Notes: a model not told the origin generated them from the sequence alone. Shown: positions 45,415 to 57,601, counted from the first letter of the stretch. The stretch: 64,000 nucleotides of DNA from Mycobacterium sp. (GCF_047975165.1 NZ_JBKECZ010000118.1:4909-68908), one strand, 5' to 3'. Program-made: numbers and translations.

Positions 45415-46467
45415 ATGCTCACCGACTCGGTCCTGCGCGAGGAATTGGATCGGGTAGCTGCGGCGGTCGGGGTGCGGGTGGTCCACGCCGGCCAGCGCCA
45501 ATCGGTGGGCCGCAAGAGCTGGTCGGCTGCCGTGGCAGTGGTGCTCGACGAGGCGTCGGCAACTCGGTGTGGGCGGGCCGGGATGCCGCGTCGCACCCAT
45601 GTCAACGTGCTGACGGGATCCGCAGCTTCGGCCCGGACGTGGGCCGCGGCCGTCGAGGTCGGCGCCCAGCGTGTGCTGCAGATGCCGGATCAGGAACGTG
45701 ACCTGGTTCGCGAGCTCGCCGAAGCCGGGGAATCGGCGCGCGGGGACAGCCTGTGCGGCCGGGCGGTCGCGGTGATCGGGGGCTGCGGCGGGGCCGGGGC
45801 TTCGCTATTGGCGGTCGCCCTGGCGGTGGTTGCCTCCGAGTCTCTCCTGCTCGATCTCGACCCCTGGGGCGGTGGCATCGATCTCCTACTGGGCGGTGAG
45901 AACGCACCCGGGTTGCGCTGGCCCGACCTGGCATTGCAGGACGGGCGGCTCAGCTGGCCGGCTGTGCGGGATTCGTTGCCCCGGCATCGCAATGTCAGTG
46001 TCCTGTCGGGGGCCCGGCGCAGCTACGAATTGGATGCCAGGCCGGTGGACGCCGTCATCGACGCGGGCCGTCGCGGGGGAACCACCGTGGTGTGCGATCT
46101 TCCCCGGCGGCTGACCGGGTCGACCCTCGCTGCCCTTGACAACGCCGATCTGGTGGTACTGGTCTCGCGATGCGACGTACCGGCTTGCGCCGCCCTGGCG
46201 GCGGTCGTTCCGGTGCTCGCAGCGATCACCCCGAACCTGGGCCTGGTGGTACGCGGTCCCGCGCCGGGGGGACTGCGCGCGGCCGAGGTCGCCGATATCG
46301 CCGGCCTGCCACTGATCGCATCGATGCGGGCCGAGCCTCAGCTGGCCGGGAACTTGGAGCGAGGTGGCTTGCGCTTGGGGCGGCGCTCGGCGCTGGCCTC
46401 CGCCGCACGGACCGTACTGGATGCGCTTCCGGACGGCAGCGCAATGCTGAGCGGAACCACCGCATGA
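45415..46467 (+). CDS. ssd: CpaE/MinD-like ATPase (septum-site-determining protein Ssd type)
   Basis: The ATG at 45415 gives 350 aa. It has a receiver-like N-domain and a ParA/MinD core with a deviant P-loop (VIGGCGGAGAS). It is the first gene of the Tad-like operon. Confidence 0.8.
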   Translation: MLTDSVLREELDRVAAAVGVRVVHAGQRQSVGRKSWSAAVAVVLDEASATRCGRAGMPRRTHVNVLTGSAASARTWAAAVEVGAQRVLQMPDQERDLVRELAEAGESARGDSLCGRAVAVIGGCGGAGASLLAVALAVVASESLLLDLDPWGGGIDLLLGGENAPGLRWPDLALQDGRLSWPAVRDSLPRHRNVSVLSGARRSYELDARPVDAVIDAGRRGGTTVVCDLPRRLTGSTLAALDNADLVVLVSRCDVPACAALAAVVPVLAAITPNLGLVVRGPAPGGLRAAEVADIAGLPLIASMRAEPQLAGNLERGGLRLGRRSALASAARTVLDALPDGSAMLSGTTA

Positions 46468-47630
46468 ACTCTCCACTGATAGAACGTGTGCGGGAACGTC
46501 TGGCCGGCGAACCGGGCCCGCTGCGGCCCAGCGTGGTGGCGGCGGCGATCCGCGCCGAGTCAGGTGGGCTGCTGGGCGACACCGAGGTGTTGTCCAACCT
46601 TCGTATGCTGCAGACCGAACTGACCGGCGCCGGTCTCCTGGAACCGCTGCTGGGGGCCGAAGGCGCCACCGACGTGCTGGTGACTGCCCCGGATGAGGTC
46701 TGGATCGACGATGGAAATGGATTGCGGCGCACCAACATCAGATTCGAAGACGAGACGGCGGTGCGGCGGTTGGCTCAGCGCCTGGCCCTGGCCGCCGGTC
46801 GTCGGCTCGATGATGCCCAGCCGTGGGTGGACGGACAGTTGACCGGAATCGGGGCGGGCGGTTCCGCGGTGCGGCTGCACGCGGTGTTGGCGCCGATCGC
46901 CGCGGGCGGAACCTGTTTGTCGCTGCGGGTGTTGCGACCGGCCACCCAGGACCTTGCGGCGTTGATTGCCTCCGGCGCCATCCCGGCGACGGCGGCTGAG
47001 TTGGTGACCGCTGTCATCGCAGCCCGGCTGGCCTTCCTGGTGTCCGGCGGCACCGGCGCCGGCAAGACCACCCTGCTGGCCGCCATGCTGGGTGCGGTCG
47101 CCCCGTCCGAGCGAATCGTGTGCGTCGAGGACGCCGCTGAACTGGCGCCGCAGCACCCTCATGTGGTCAAGTTGGTCGCTCGGCACGCCAACGTCGAAGG
47201 CGTTGGCGAGGTCACCGTTCGCCAGCTCGTTCGCCAGGCCCTGCGGATGCGTCCGGACCGGATCGTCGTGGGTGAAGTCAGAGGCGCAGAGGTGGCGGAC
47301 CTGTTGGGCGCGCTCAACACCGGACACGAGGGCGGCGCGGGCACCGTTCACGCCAACAGTCCGGATGAGGTGCCCGCGCGGCTGGAGGCGCTGGGCATGC
47401 TCGGCGGACTCGATCGGGCCGCACTGCACAGCCAGCTCGCCGCCGCTGTCCGGGTGCTGCTGCATGTGACGCGCGACCGGGCCGGGCGTCGTCGCCTCGG
47501 CGAGATTGCGATGCTGCGCCAAAGTGATTCCGGGCGGGTTCATTCGGTCACGGCGTGGCATTCCGAATGGGGGCCGACCGACGAGATCGGCGATTTGCAT
47601 GCGCTGCTGCGGGCCAGGATGGCGGCATGA
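46464..47630 (+). CDS. CpaF/TadA-type secretion ATPase
   Basis: Its ATG overlaps the upstream stop (ATGA). Walker A is SGGTGAGKTTLL, with an Asp box/Walker B (RIVVGEVRG) and a His box (GHEGGAGTVHAN). Confidence 0.9.
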   Translation: MNSPLIERVRERLAGEPGPLRPSVVAAAIRAESGGLLGDTEVLSNLRMLQTELTGAGLLEPLLGAEGATDVLVTAPDEVWIDDGNGLRRTNIRFEDETAVRRLAQRLALAAGRRLDDAQPWVDGQLTGIGAGGSAVRLHAVLAPIAAGGTCLSLRVLRPATQDLAALIASGAIPATAAELVTAVIAARLAFLVSGGTGAGKTTLLAAMLGAVAPSERIVCVEDAAELAPQHPHVVKLVARHANVEGVGEVTVRQLVRQALRMRPDRIVVGEVRGAEVADLLGALNTGHEGGAGTVHANSPDEVPARLEALGMLGGLDRAALHSQLAAAVRVLLHVTRDRAGRRRLGEIAMLRQSDSGRVHSVTAWHSEWGPTDEIGDLHALLRARMAA

Positions 47631-48430
47631 ACGGGGTGTCCGGCCCGATTTTTCTCCTGGCGGTGGCGCTGCTCGTTTCACCGGCTACACCCCGGCGCCG
47701 CCTCGCCGCACCGGCCCCGAGCGCACCGCCGCGGTTCGGTCCCCGGGAAGTCGGCTGGGTTTGCGGGTGCGTTCTGGCGGTCGCGATCGCGGTGTTGCCG
47801 TTGACCACCTCGGTGGCGGCGGCCGTCGTTGCCGCGACCGCCGGTTTGCGTTACCGCCGCGGCAGACGCCTTCGCGGCGGTGAGGCGGAGGCACGGACGC
47901 TGCAGGACGCGGTCGGGGTACTCGTCGGCGAACTCCGGGTGGGAGCTCATCCGGTGCGGGCCTTCGACACCGCCGCGGACGAGACGGCCGATGGCCCCGT
48001 ATCGACAGCCCTGCGGGCAGTCGCTGCGCGCGCAAGAATGGGCGCCGACGTCGCTGCGGGTCTGCGCGCGGCGGCGCGATCGTCGGTGTTGCAGGCCCAC
48101 TGGGAGCGGATCGCGGTGTGCTGGCAGCTCGCCGGTGATCACGGCCTGTCGATCGCGGCTCTGATGAATGCAGCGCAACGCGACATCGTCGAGCGGAAAC
48201 GATTCCGCGACCGTGTCGACTCGGGTCTGGCCGGTGCCCGGGCCACCGCGGTCATCCTGGCGGGGCTCCCGCTGCTCGGTGTGCTCCTCGGACAACTGCT
48301 CGGTGGGCGGCCGTTTGGCTTCCTGTTCGGCGGGGCCGCGGGCGGGTGGTTCCTGGTGGCGGGCCTGACGTTGGTGTGTGCCGGGCTGTTGTGGTCCGAC
48401 CGCATCATCGATCGAGCGGCGTCGATGTGA
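47627..48430 (+). CDS. TadB-like type II secretion system F-domain membrane protein
   Basis: ATGA start/stop overlap. It has a T2SSF-like topology with an N-terminal TM helix, a cytoplasmic helical domain and C-terminal TM helices. Confidence 0.75.
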   Translation: MNGVSGPIFLLAVALLVSPATPRRRLAAPAPSAPPRFGPREVGWVCGCVLAVAIAVLPLTTSVAAAVVAATAGLRYRRGRRLRGGEAEARTLQDAVGVLVGELRVGAHPVRAFDTAADETADGPVSTALRAVAARARMGADVAAGLRAAARSSVLQAHWERIAVCWQLAGDHGLSIAALMNAAQRDIVERKRFRDRVDSGLAGARATAVILAGLPLLGVLLGQLLGGRPFGFLFGGAAGGWFLVAGLTLVCAGLLWSDRIIDRAASM

Positions 48431-49017
48431 TGGCGCCGGCGGTGTTGCTCGCGATGGCGCTGCTGGTCGGTGCCGGCACCACGGTGGTGCGCGTCCGCGC
48501 CGGCGTGAGCTCCCGTGCAACCTCCGGCGGGACCCGGAGCCCGGATGCCGGGGATCCGCTGGGGGTGGCGTCGGCCCTGGAGCTGCTGGCCGCGTGCCTG
48601 GCGGCGGGGATGGCGGTTCCCGAGGCTGCGGCCGCGACGGCCGGGTCGGCGCCTCCGGCCCTCGCCTCGGTCTTGCGACGAGCCGCCGACCTGATCGCGC
48701 TGGGCGCTGCCCCCGGCCTCGCCTGGTCGGTGCCGCCGGGGTTGCCCGGTGGGCCGGTGAGCGCGCAGATCGACGGCCTGCTGCGGTTGGCGAGGCAGTC
48801 GGCGGGCTCCGGCGTCGCCCTTGCCGATGGTGTTGCCGAATTGGCCGCCCAGTCGCGGCACGACGCCTCTCACGCGGCGGCCGCTGCCGCCGAGCGTGCC
48901 GGCGTTCTGATCTCCGGCCCGCTGGGGTTGTGCTTCCTGCCGGCGTTCGTCTGCCTGGGGATCGTCCCCGTGGTAGCCGGGCTGGCCGGTGGTGTCTTGA
49001 ATTCGAGTTTGTTGTGA
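48430..49017 (+). CDS. TadC-like type II secretion system F-domain membrane protein
   Basis: GTG 48427 or ATG 48430 overlaps the upstream TGA. It has a similar but shorter T2SSF-like architecture. Confidence 0.7.
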   Translation: MAPAVLLAMALLVGAGTTVVRVRAGVSSRATSGGTRSPDAGDPLGVASALELLAACLAAGMAVPEAAAATAGSAPPALASVLRRAADLIALGAAPGLAWSVPPGLPGGPVSAQIDGLLRLARQSAGSGVALADGVAELAAQSRHDASHAAAAAAERAGVLISGPLGLCFLPAFVCLGIVPVVAGLAGGVLNSSLL

Positions 49018-49029
49018 GAAAGGAAGTGG

Positions 49030-49233
49030 TTGATGACCAATCGATTTCGTGTTTTCACCGCACGCATGACGCTGCTGGTGGCCGACGAGTCGGGCATGTC
49101 GACAGTCGAGTACGCGATCGGAACCGTGGCGGCGGCGGCATTCGGCGCCGTCCTGTACTCCGTCGTCACCGGCGATTCGGTGGTCTCGGCTCTCAACCGC
49201 ATCATCGGCCGTGCGCTGAGCACGAAGGTCTAG
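49030..49233 (+). CDS. Flp-type prepilin (DUF4244-like)
   Basis: 67 aa. It has a basic leader, then ADESG|MSTVEYAIGTVAAAAFGAVLY, which matches the Flp G/XXXXEY processing motif plus a hydrophobic helix. Confidence 0.7.
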   Translation: MMTNRFRVFTARMTLLVADESGMSTVEYAIGTVAAAAFGAVLYSVVTGDSVVSALNRIIGRALSTKV

Positions 49234-49274
49234 CCGCCTGTGCGGGTTCGGCCACCGTCGAGGCGGCATTGGCG

Positions 49275-49556
49275 ATGGCGACCCTGGTGGCGCTGCTGGT
49301 GCTGTGCTTGGCCGGGATCACGGCGGTGTCGATGCAGGTGTGCTGTATCGACGCCGCCCGCGAAGCCGCCCGATTGGCGGCGCGCGGAGACGGGCAAGCC
49401 GCGGTCGCGGTCGCCAAGCGGATCGCACCGGCAGGGGCCCGCATCGCGTTGCGCGCCGACGGGGATCTGGTGGTGGCTACCGTGGTGGCACATTCGACGT
49501 TGTTGCCCACCTTGGCCATCGAGGCTAGGGGGGTGGCGGCGATGGAGCCGGGATGA
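49275..49556 (+). CDS. TadE-like pseudopilin (start unresolved; conserved G|SATVE lies upstream of the first canonical in-frame start)
   Basis: The body frame reads ...CAGSATVEAALAMATLVALLVLCLAGITAVSMQV...MEPG*. The first in-frame TTG and ATG are at 49269 and 49275. The GTG at 49240 is in the +1 frame. See the findings. Confidence 0.5.
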   Translation: MATLVALLVLCLAGITAVSMQVCCIDAAREAARLAARGDGQAAVAVAKRIAPAGARIALRADGDLVVATVVAHSTLLPTLAIEARGVAAMEPG

Positions 49557-49572
49557 GAACGGCTCAGCCACC

Positions 49573-49887
49573 GTGGTTGCGGTCGCGATGGTCGCAGCGG
49601 TGTTGTGTGTGACCTTCTTTGGGCTGTACCTGGGTGCGGCTGTGGTCGCGCGCCACCGGGCGCAATCGGTGGCCGACCTGGCGTCGCTGGCCGCTGCCGC
49701 TGAGCTTCCCCGCGGGGTGGCGGCGGCATGTGCAAGGGCGACGGCGGTGGCTCGGGAGATGGGCGTCGGCGGCATCGAGTGCCGCGCCGACGGCCTCGAC
49801 GTTGTCGTCAGCGTCGAGGTGGCCGCGAACTCGCCGGCAGTTGCGCGTGCGGTCGCCCGGGCCGGACCAACCGGTGTACACCGGTGA
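49573..49887 (+). CDS. helicase/secretion-neighbourhood TadE-like protein (start unresolved)
   Basis: The body frame reads DENGSATVVAVAMVAAVLCVTFFGLYLGAAVVARHRAQSVADLASLAAA.... The first in-frame canonical start is GTG 49573. The ATG at 49553, coupled as ATGA, is in the +1 frame. Confidence 0.5.
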   Translation: MVAVAMVAAVLCVTFFGLYLGAAVVARHRAQSVADLASLAAAAELPRGVAAACARATAVAREMGVGGIECRADGLDVVVSVEVAANSPAVARAVARAGPTGVHR

Positions 49888-49911
49888 GCGGTGCCGGGTC
49901 GGGGGCCGGAG

Positions 49912-50946
49912 TCACTCGGCCGGGTCGTCGGAGCCGGCCGGCTGGTCAGCGAGTTCTTCGTCGGTGGGCAATCGGAAAGAGACGAGCCCGGCGAAGCACT
50001 CCGGTTCGAGCTGCACCCGATTGACAGTGACGTGCACGGGAACCCAGCCGCCGTCGGTTCCGGGCAGGCGGAGCACGCCGGCGGTCGTCCCGGCGGAGAA
50101 TTCCGCTGTCATATCGGCCAGCAGGTCGGCGTCGCCGGGGTGTACCCGTCCGATGTCGATGCTGTCGGGACGCGAGTCGTAGAACGGACACGGTTCGTCG
50201 AGCCATTTGATGAACGTCCGGTTGGTGAAGTCGACGAGAGCTCGGTGCACCCCGGGCTCGGCCAGGCCGGCAAGGATCTGGTTGACCAGGTCTTTGGTAG
50301 CCACCGGCGGGCCGTCTGGCTCCGCCCGCCAGTTTATTGCGCGCGCTATCACGTGGTCTGGACCCTCGGTGCTGGGTTCCAGGGCGCTGCGCGCGGTGAA
50401 ACCGATGCGGATCGGGTTTCCCTGCTCGTCGGAGATATCCCATGTGCTGCACAGTCTTCGGCCGGGTTCGGCCATGACCACCAGGGCCAGGATCATGGCC
50501 TCGTCCCGGTTGAGTTCGCGCGACGGCAGATCCTTCGCGAATGCTCCGCCGTAGGCGAGCCCGGCTTTGCCCGTCTGGCCGTCGTTGGCCAGCGACTCGG
50601 GTGTGTCGGTGGCGACCCCGCGATTCAGGTCCCACATCAACGCGCCGGGAATCGGCCGCTCGGGCGGCTCCTCGCCGATCGGGCCGATCCACACCTGCAC
50701 TCCGTGTATGCGATCGTCCGACATGATCACCGGTTCGGTGCGAATGACGCAGTCGCTCTTGGGTGTGATGCTGGTCAGGGCCTGGCCGGTTTGAACGGTC
50801 TCGGCGATGGCAGTGCCCATGGCCGACAGGTAGGGGTTCTTGCGCAGAAACGCCGATATCGGGACGAACTTCTCAAGTCGCCGCCCGTTGGCGACGACGG
50901 CGGGCTCATCGCCGAGCGTCTCCACGAGCAACCAGTCGTGGCCCAT
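49912..50946 (-). CDS. conserved actinobacterial protein (Rv3651-like)
   Basis: 344-aa ORF with coding-like composition and no catalytic motif recognised. Its position upstream of the helicase matches Rv3651 (from memory). Confidence 0.7.
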   Translation of the reverse strand: MGHDWLLVETLGDEPAVVANGRRLEKFVPISAFLRKNPYLSAMGTAIAETVQTGQALTSITPKSDCVIRTEPVIMSDDRIHGVQVWIGPIGEEPPERPIPGALMWDLNRGVATDTPESLANDGQTGKAGLAYGGAFAKDLPSRELNRDEAMILALVVMAEPGRRLCSTWDISDEQGNPIRIGFTARSALEPSTEGPDHVIARAINWRAEPDGPPVATKDLVNQILAGLAEPGVHRALVDFTNRTFIKWLDEPCPFYDSRPDSIDIGRVHPGDADLLADMTAEFSAGTTAGVLRLPGTDGGWVPVHVTVNRVQLEPECFAGLVSFRLPTDEELADQPAGSDDPAE

Positions 50947-50997
50947 AGCCGGCAGTTTACTGGTGGCGACGCCCAGACGCGGGCACCCGGTGCCGCG

Positions 50998-53310
50998 TCA
51001 GCCGTCGACGCCCACCTCGGTGAGCACCAGCTGCAGAACCCGCAGCGCTCCGGCCTTGTCCAGCGGATCGTTACCGCTACCGCATTTGGGTGACTGCACG
51101 CAGGACGGGCATCCGCTCGGACATTCGCAGGCCTCAATAGCAGCCGCGGTGGCACCCAGCCAGGTGCATGCCCGTCGGTACCCGCGTTCGGCGAAGCCGG
51201 CACCGCCAGGATGGCCGTCGTAGACGAAGACCGTCGGCAGCCCGTCGGGTCCCGCGACGGTGGACAAGCCGCCGATGTCGCCGCGATCGCAACAGGCCAC
51301 CAGCGGCAGCAGCCCGCTGGCGGCGTGCTCGACGGCATGCAGCGAGCCGGGAATCCGGGCCGGTTCGATCCCGGTGTCGCCGAATGTGTCCGCATCGATG
51401 GTGCACATGAACGAGACCGTGGGCAGCGACGACTCCGGCATGCGCAGTTCGACGAAGTCGATCACCTCGCCGTCGACCCGGCGGCGCAGATACCCGACCA
51501 CCCGCCGGGTCACCGTCACCGGGACAAGGCCCAGCGTCACCGGCCCGGCCACCGAGCGTTCCCCGGGCCCGGTGACCGCGATGTCGGTGAGTTCCCGCGC
51601 GAACGTCGTGTAGCCGGGATCTTCGGTGTGCACGAATGCGAGTCCTTCATCGAAATCCAGGGAGTCGACGACGTAGCTTTCGCCCTGGTGCAGATACACC
51701 GCGCCGGGATGGAGCGAACCCGGAGCCTGTGCGGCCCCGGTGCTGCCCAGCAGCCGTCCGGTGTCGGCTTCGACGATGACGATCTGCCCGCCGACCGATC
51801 CCCGGATGTCGACCGCCGCGTGGGGCTGCAGTCCCGGCGCCGGAAAGTACCTGCCGGCCCGGCGCTTGAGCAGTCCGTCGTCGACCAGGCCCTCGGCCAC
51901 CTGAACCGCGCCCAGCGACTGGATCTCGGCCTCGCCGAGCGGCAGTTCCGTCGCGGCGCAGAGCAGGTGCGGGCCCAGCAGGTACGGGTTGGCCGGGTCG
52001 ATCACCACGCGTTCGACGGGCTTGCCGAGTAGTGCCGACGGGTGATGGGTGAGGTAGGTGTCCAACGGGTCGTCGCGGGCGATGAGCACCACCAACGCCC
52101 CCTGCCCGCGTCGGCCCGACCGGCCGGCCTGCTGCCAGAACGATGCGATGGTCCCGGGAAACCCGGCGAGCACGACGGCGTCCAACCCGGCGATGTCGAC
52201 ACCCAACTCCAGTGCGTTGGTCGTCGCCAGACCGCGCAGCCGTCCCTGCGCCAGGGCGCGTTCGAGGGCGTTGCGATCCTCGGCCAGATAGCCCGCCCGA
52301 TACGACGCCACCAGGTCTGAGAGCTGCGGGGCAACCTGATCGAGCCGGGCACGGGCGCCCAGGGCCGTGAGTTCCGCACCGCGGCGGGACCGGACGAAGG
52401 TCAACGTCTGCGCACCTTCGACGATCAGGTCGGCCATCACTCGCGCCGCTTCGGCGCCCGCCGACCTGCGCACCGGTGCGCCGTGCTCGCCCAGCAGGTC
52501 GGTGCGCAGTGCGGGCTCCCACAGCGCCACGGTGCGGCCACCCCGGGGAGATCCGTCCTCGACCACCTCGGCGACCGGCCGGCCGATGAGTTCGGTGGCC
52601 GTCGCACCCGGCGAATCTGTGGTGGCACTGGCGAAGATCACCGTCGGAGTCGCCGAGTAGCGTTCGCACAGTCGCAGCAACCGCCGCAGCACCATGGCCA
52701 CGTTGGAGCCGAAAACGCCGCGGTAGTGATGGCATTCGTCAACGATCACGAACCGAAGCCCGCGCAGCAGTACCGCCCACCGGGCATGGTTTCCCAGCAT
52801 CGACAGGTGGACCATGTCCGGGTTGGAAAACAGCCAGCGCGACCGCTCCCGCGCGAAGCGGCGAACCTGCGCGGGACTGTCGCCGTCGTAGGCGACGGGT
52901 GCCACGTCGCGGTCCAGTCCGGCGGCACCGACCAGGGTGTGTGCGGCCCGCAGCTGGTCGCGTCCCAGTGCCTTCGTCGGCGACAGGTACAGTGCCCGCG
53001 CCAGCGGATCGGTTGCCAGAGCGTTGAGCACGGGCAGCTGGTAGGCCAGCGACTTTCCCGACGCGGTGCCGGTGCTGACCACGACGTGTCGACCGGCGTG
53101 GGCGAGTTCGGCGGCCTCGATCTGATGCGACCAGGGAGTATCGATGCCCTGCCCGGTGAATGCGCGGACGACTTCGGGGACTGCCCACTGCGGCCAGTTG
53201 CCGGTTCGTCCCGCACGTGCGGGCAGTTCGGCGACGTGGCGCAACGGATGCTCGCCGGGGGAGGTGCCGGCGATTGCGGCGGCCAGCAGTTCGCTGCCGA
53301 AGCTCGCCAT
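50998..53310 (-). CDS. DEXH-box SF2 helicase with C-terminal DUF1998 zinc module (SftH/MrfA type)
   Basis: 770 aa. Motif I is TGTASGKS and motif II is DECH, with motif VI QQAGRSGRRG. The C-terminal tetracysteine is CECPSGCPSCVQSPKCG. Confidence 0.9.
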   Translation of the reverse strand: MASFGSELLAAAIAGTSPGEHPLRHVAELPARAGRTGNWPQWAVPEVVRAFTGQGIDTPWSHQIEAAELAHAGRHVVVSTGTASGKSLAYQLPVLNALATDPLARALYLSPTKALGRDQLRAAHTLVGAAGLDRDVAPVAYDGDSPAQVRRFARERSRWLFSNPDMVHLSMLGNHARWAVLLRGLRFVIVDECHHYRGVFGSNVAMVLRRLLRLCERYSATPTVIFASATTDSPGATATELIGRPVAEVVEDGSPRGGRTVALWEPALRTDLLGEHGAPVRRSAGAEAARVMADLIVEGAQTLTFVRSRRGAELTALGARARLDQVAPQLSDLVASYRAGYLAEDRNALERALAQGRLRGLATTNALELGVDIAGLDAVVLAGFPGTIASFWQQAGRSGRRGQGALVVLIARDDPLDTYLTHHPSALLGKPVERVVIDPANPYLLGPHLLCAATELPLGEAEIQSLGAVQVAEGLVDDGLLKRRAGRYFPAPGLQPHAAVDIRGSVGGQIVIVEADTGRLLGSTGAAQAPGSLHPGAVYLHQGESYVVDSLDFDEGLAFVHTEDPGYTTFARELTDIAVTGPGERSVAGPVTLGLVPVTVTRRVVGYLRRRVDGEVIDFVELRMPESSLPTVSFMCTIDADTFGDTGIEPARIPGSLHAVEHAASGLLPLVACCDRGDIGGLSTVAGPDGLPTVFVYDGHPGGAGFAERGYRRACTWLGATAAAIEACECPSGCPSCVQSPKCGSGNDPLDKAGALRVLQLVLTEVGVDG

Positions 53311-53613
53311 CGCACGCCCTTCCCGGGAATTCCGGCCTGTCGACGCCGGCGCCTTCCCCGGTGAATTCTGCCCGGCGTTGGGCGGTCATGCCTTCTCAGG
53401 CTGTTATCGGCGGCTCGAACGTGGTTGACTGATTGCGGTCGCAGCTTCTGTGTTCGTGTCAAACTTTCGCAGGATCGACGTTGCGGTCGCGGTTCCTGCG
53501 AGGATTTCTGTCGGGTGATGTTCCGGCGACTCCGCGAGGTATGGCGGTCGTAGCGGGCCCGGGGCACCGAAAAGCGGTGCGCCGCACCCAGAAGAAAAGG
53601 AAAGATCAGAGAA

Positions 53614-53817
53614 ATGCCACAGGGAACTGTGAAGTGGTTCAACGCGGAGAAGGGGTTCGGCTTCATCGCCCCCGAAGATGGTTCCGCCGACGTGTTTGTC
53701 CACTACACGGAGATCCAGGGAACGGGCTTCCGCACCCTCGAAGAGAACCAGAAGGTCGAATTTGAAATCGGGCACAGCCCCAAGGGCCCGCAGGCCACCG
53801 GAGTCCGCTCTCTCTAG
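53614..53817 (+). CDS. cspA: cold-shock protein
   Basis: 67 aa starting [18 protein letters not shown] (RNP1), with VFVHY (RNP2). A long AT-richer 5' leader precedes it. Confidence 0.95.
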
Positions 53818-53835
53818 GACGGGCAGATTCTGACG

Positions 53836-53884
53836 GAACCCCCCGGTGCAGGCCCGCTCACGCGGGAACTGCGCCCGGGGGTTC
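53836..53884 (+). terminator. cspA terminator hairpin
   Basis: GAACCCCCCGG...CCGGGGGTTC forms the outer stem, with an inner CCCGC/GCGGG stem. It begins 19 nt after the cspA stop. Confidence 0.4.
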
Positions 53885-53962
53885 TCGTTACCCGGGTACC
53901 GTTGACCGCCGCACCGACCGGTAAAACGCGGCTGACTTGATCGGTGGCCTACTCTCTGTGGC

Positions 53963-54541
53963 GTGAGCCAGCTGTCCCTGTTCGCCGCGGACTCGGTGCC
54001 GCCCGCGGTCGACGACCTGTCCGGGCTGCTGGCCGCCCCCGGCCAGATCGCGTTGGTCGGCTCCGGCGCCAGGTTGTCGGTGGTGGTGGAGGAACCGTGG
54101 CGAGCCACGGCGCTGGCCGCCATGATCACCGAGGCGGGCTTGGTCGCCGAGATCGGCCGGACCGACGAGGACCACCCGCTGGTCCGAACTGCGATCGACC
54201 CACAGCTGCGCCGGATGGCCACGGACTGGACGCGTGGGGCGGTGAAGACGGTGCCGCCGCGTTGGCTACCCGGGCCGCGCGAACTGCGGGCGTGGATTCT
54301 GGCAGCCGGAAGACCCGAGGTGGACCGGTATCTGCTGGGGTTGGACCCCCATGCGCCGGACACTCATTCGCCGTTGGCGTCGGCCTTGATGCGGGTTGGC
54401 ATCGCACCCACGTTGATCGGGACCCGCGGCGGCCACCCGGCTCTTCGGATAAGCGGCCGACGGAGGCTATCTCGCCTGGTAGAGAACGTGGGCGAGCCTC
54501 CTGATGACCCCTGGGCGGCTGGCCGCTGGCCCCGGGTCTGA
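53963..54541 (+). CDS. conserved hypothetical protein
   Basis: 192 aa with a GTG start and coding-like composition. It lies between cspA and topA, as Rv3647c does (from memory). Confidence 0.6.
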   Translation: MSQLSLFAADSVPPAVDDLSGLLAAPGQIALVGSGARLSVVVEEPWRATALAAMITEAGLVAEIGRTDEDHPLVRTAIDPQLRRMATDWTRGAVKTVPPRWLPGPRELRAWILAAGRPEVDRYLLGLDPHAPDTHSPLASALMRVGIAPTLIGTRGGHPALRISGRRRLSRLVENVGEPPDDPWAAGRWPRV

Positions 54542-54749
54542 CGGGCTCGCCGGGCACGCCGCCGGTTCGGCCGGGTTGCGCGGGGCCGCCCGATGGTGCG
54601 AAATTGTCAGGTGCCCGCGGGGGCGAAGTCTGGCGGCGCAGTACCGGTAAACCGGGATTCACCGGGTGATCGATGCGCCGAACCGGCATTCTTCCCTGCG
54701 AGGGCGGCTTCGCGAGGGAGCCGAAGACGGAGATGGAGCGTAAGCGCAC

Positions 54750-57581
<2,832 letters not shown>

Positions 57582-57601
57582 GGCGTTCGTCTCCGGATCG
57601 G

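Noticed and set aside
49240-49887. Single 215-aa ORF from GTG 49240 spanning both TadE-like genes.
   Set aside because: Its first 105 residues (RVRPPSRRHWRWRPWW...) are the out-of-frame reading of the first TadE-like gene. Only the C-terminal part is protein-like. It is treated as two genes with unresolved starts.
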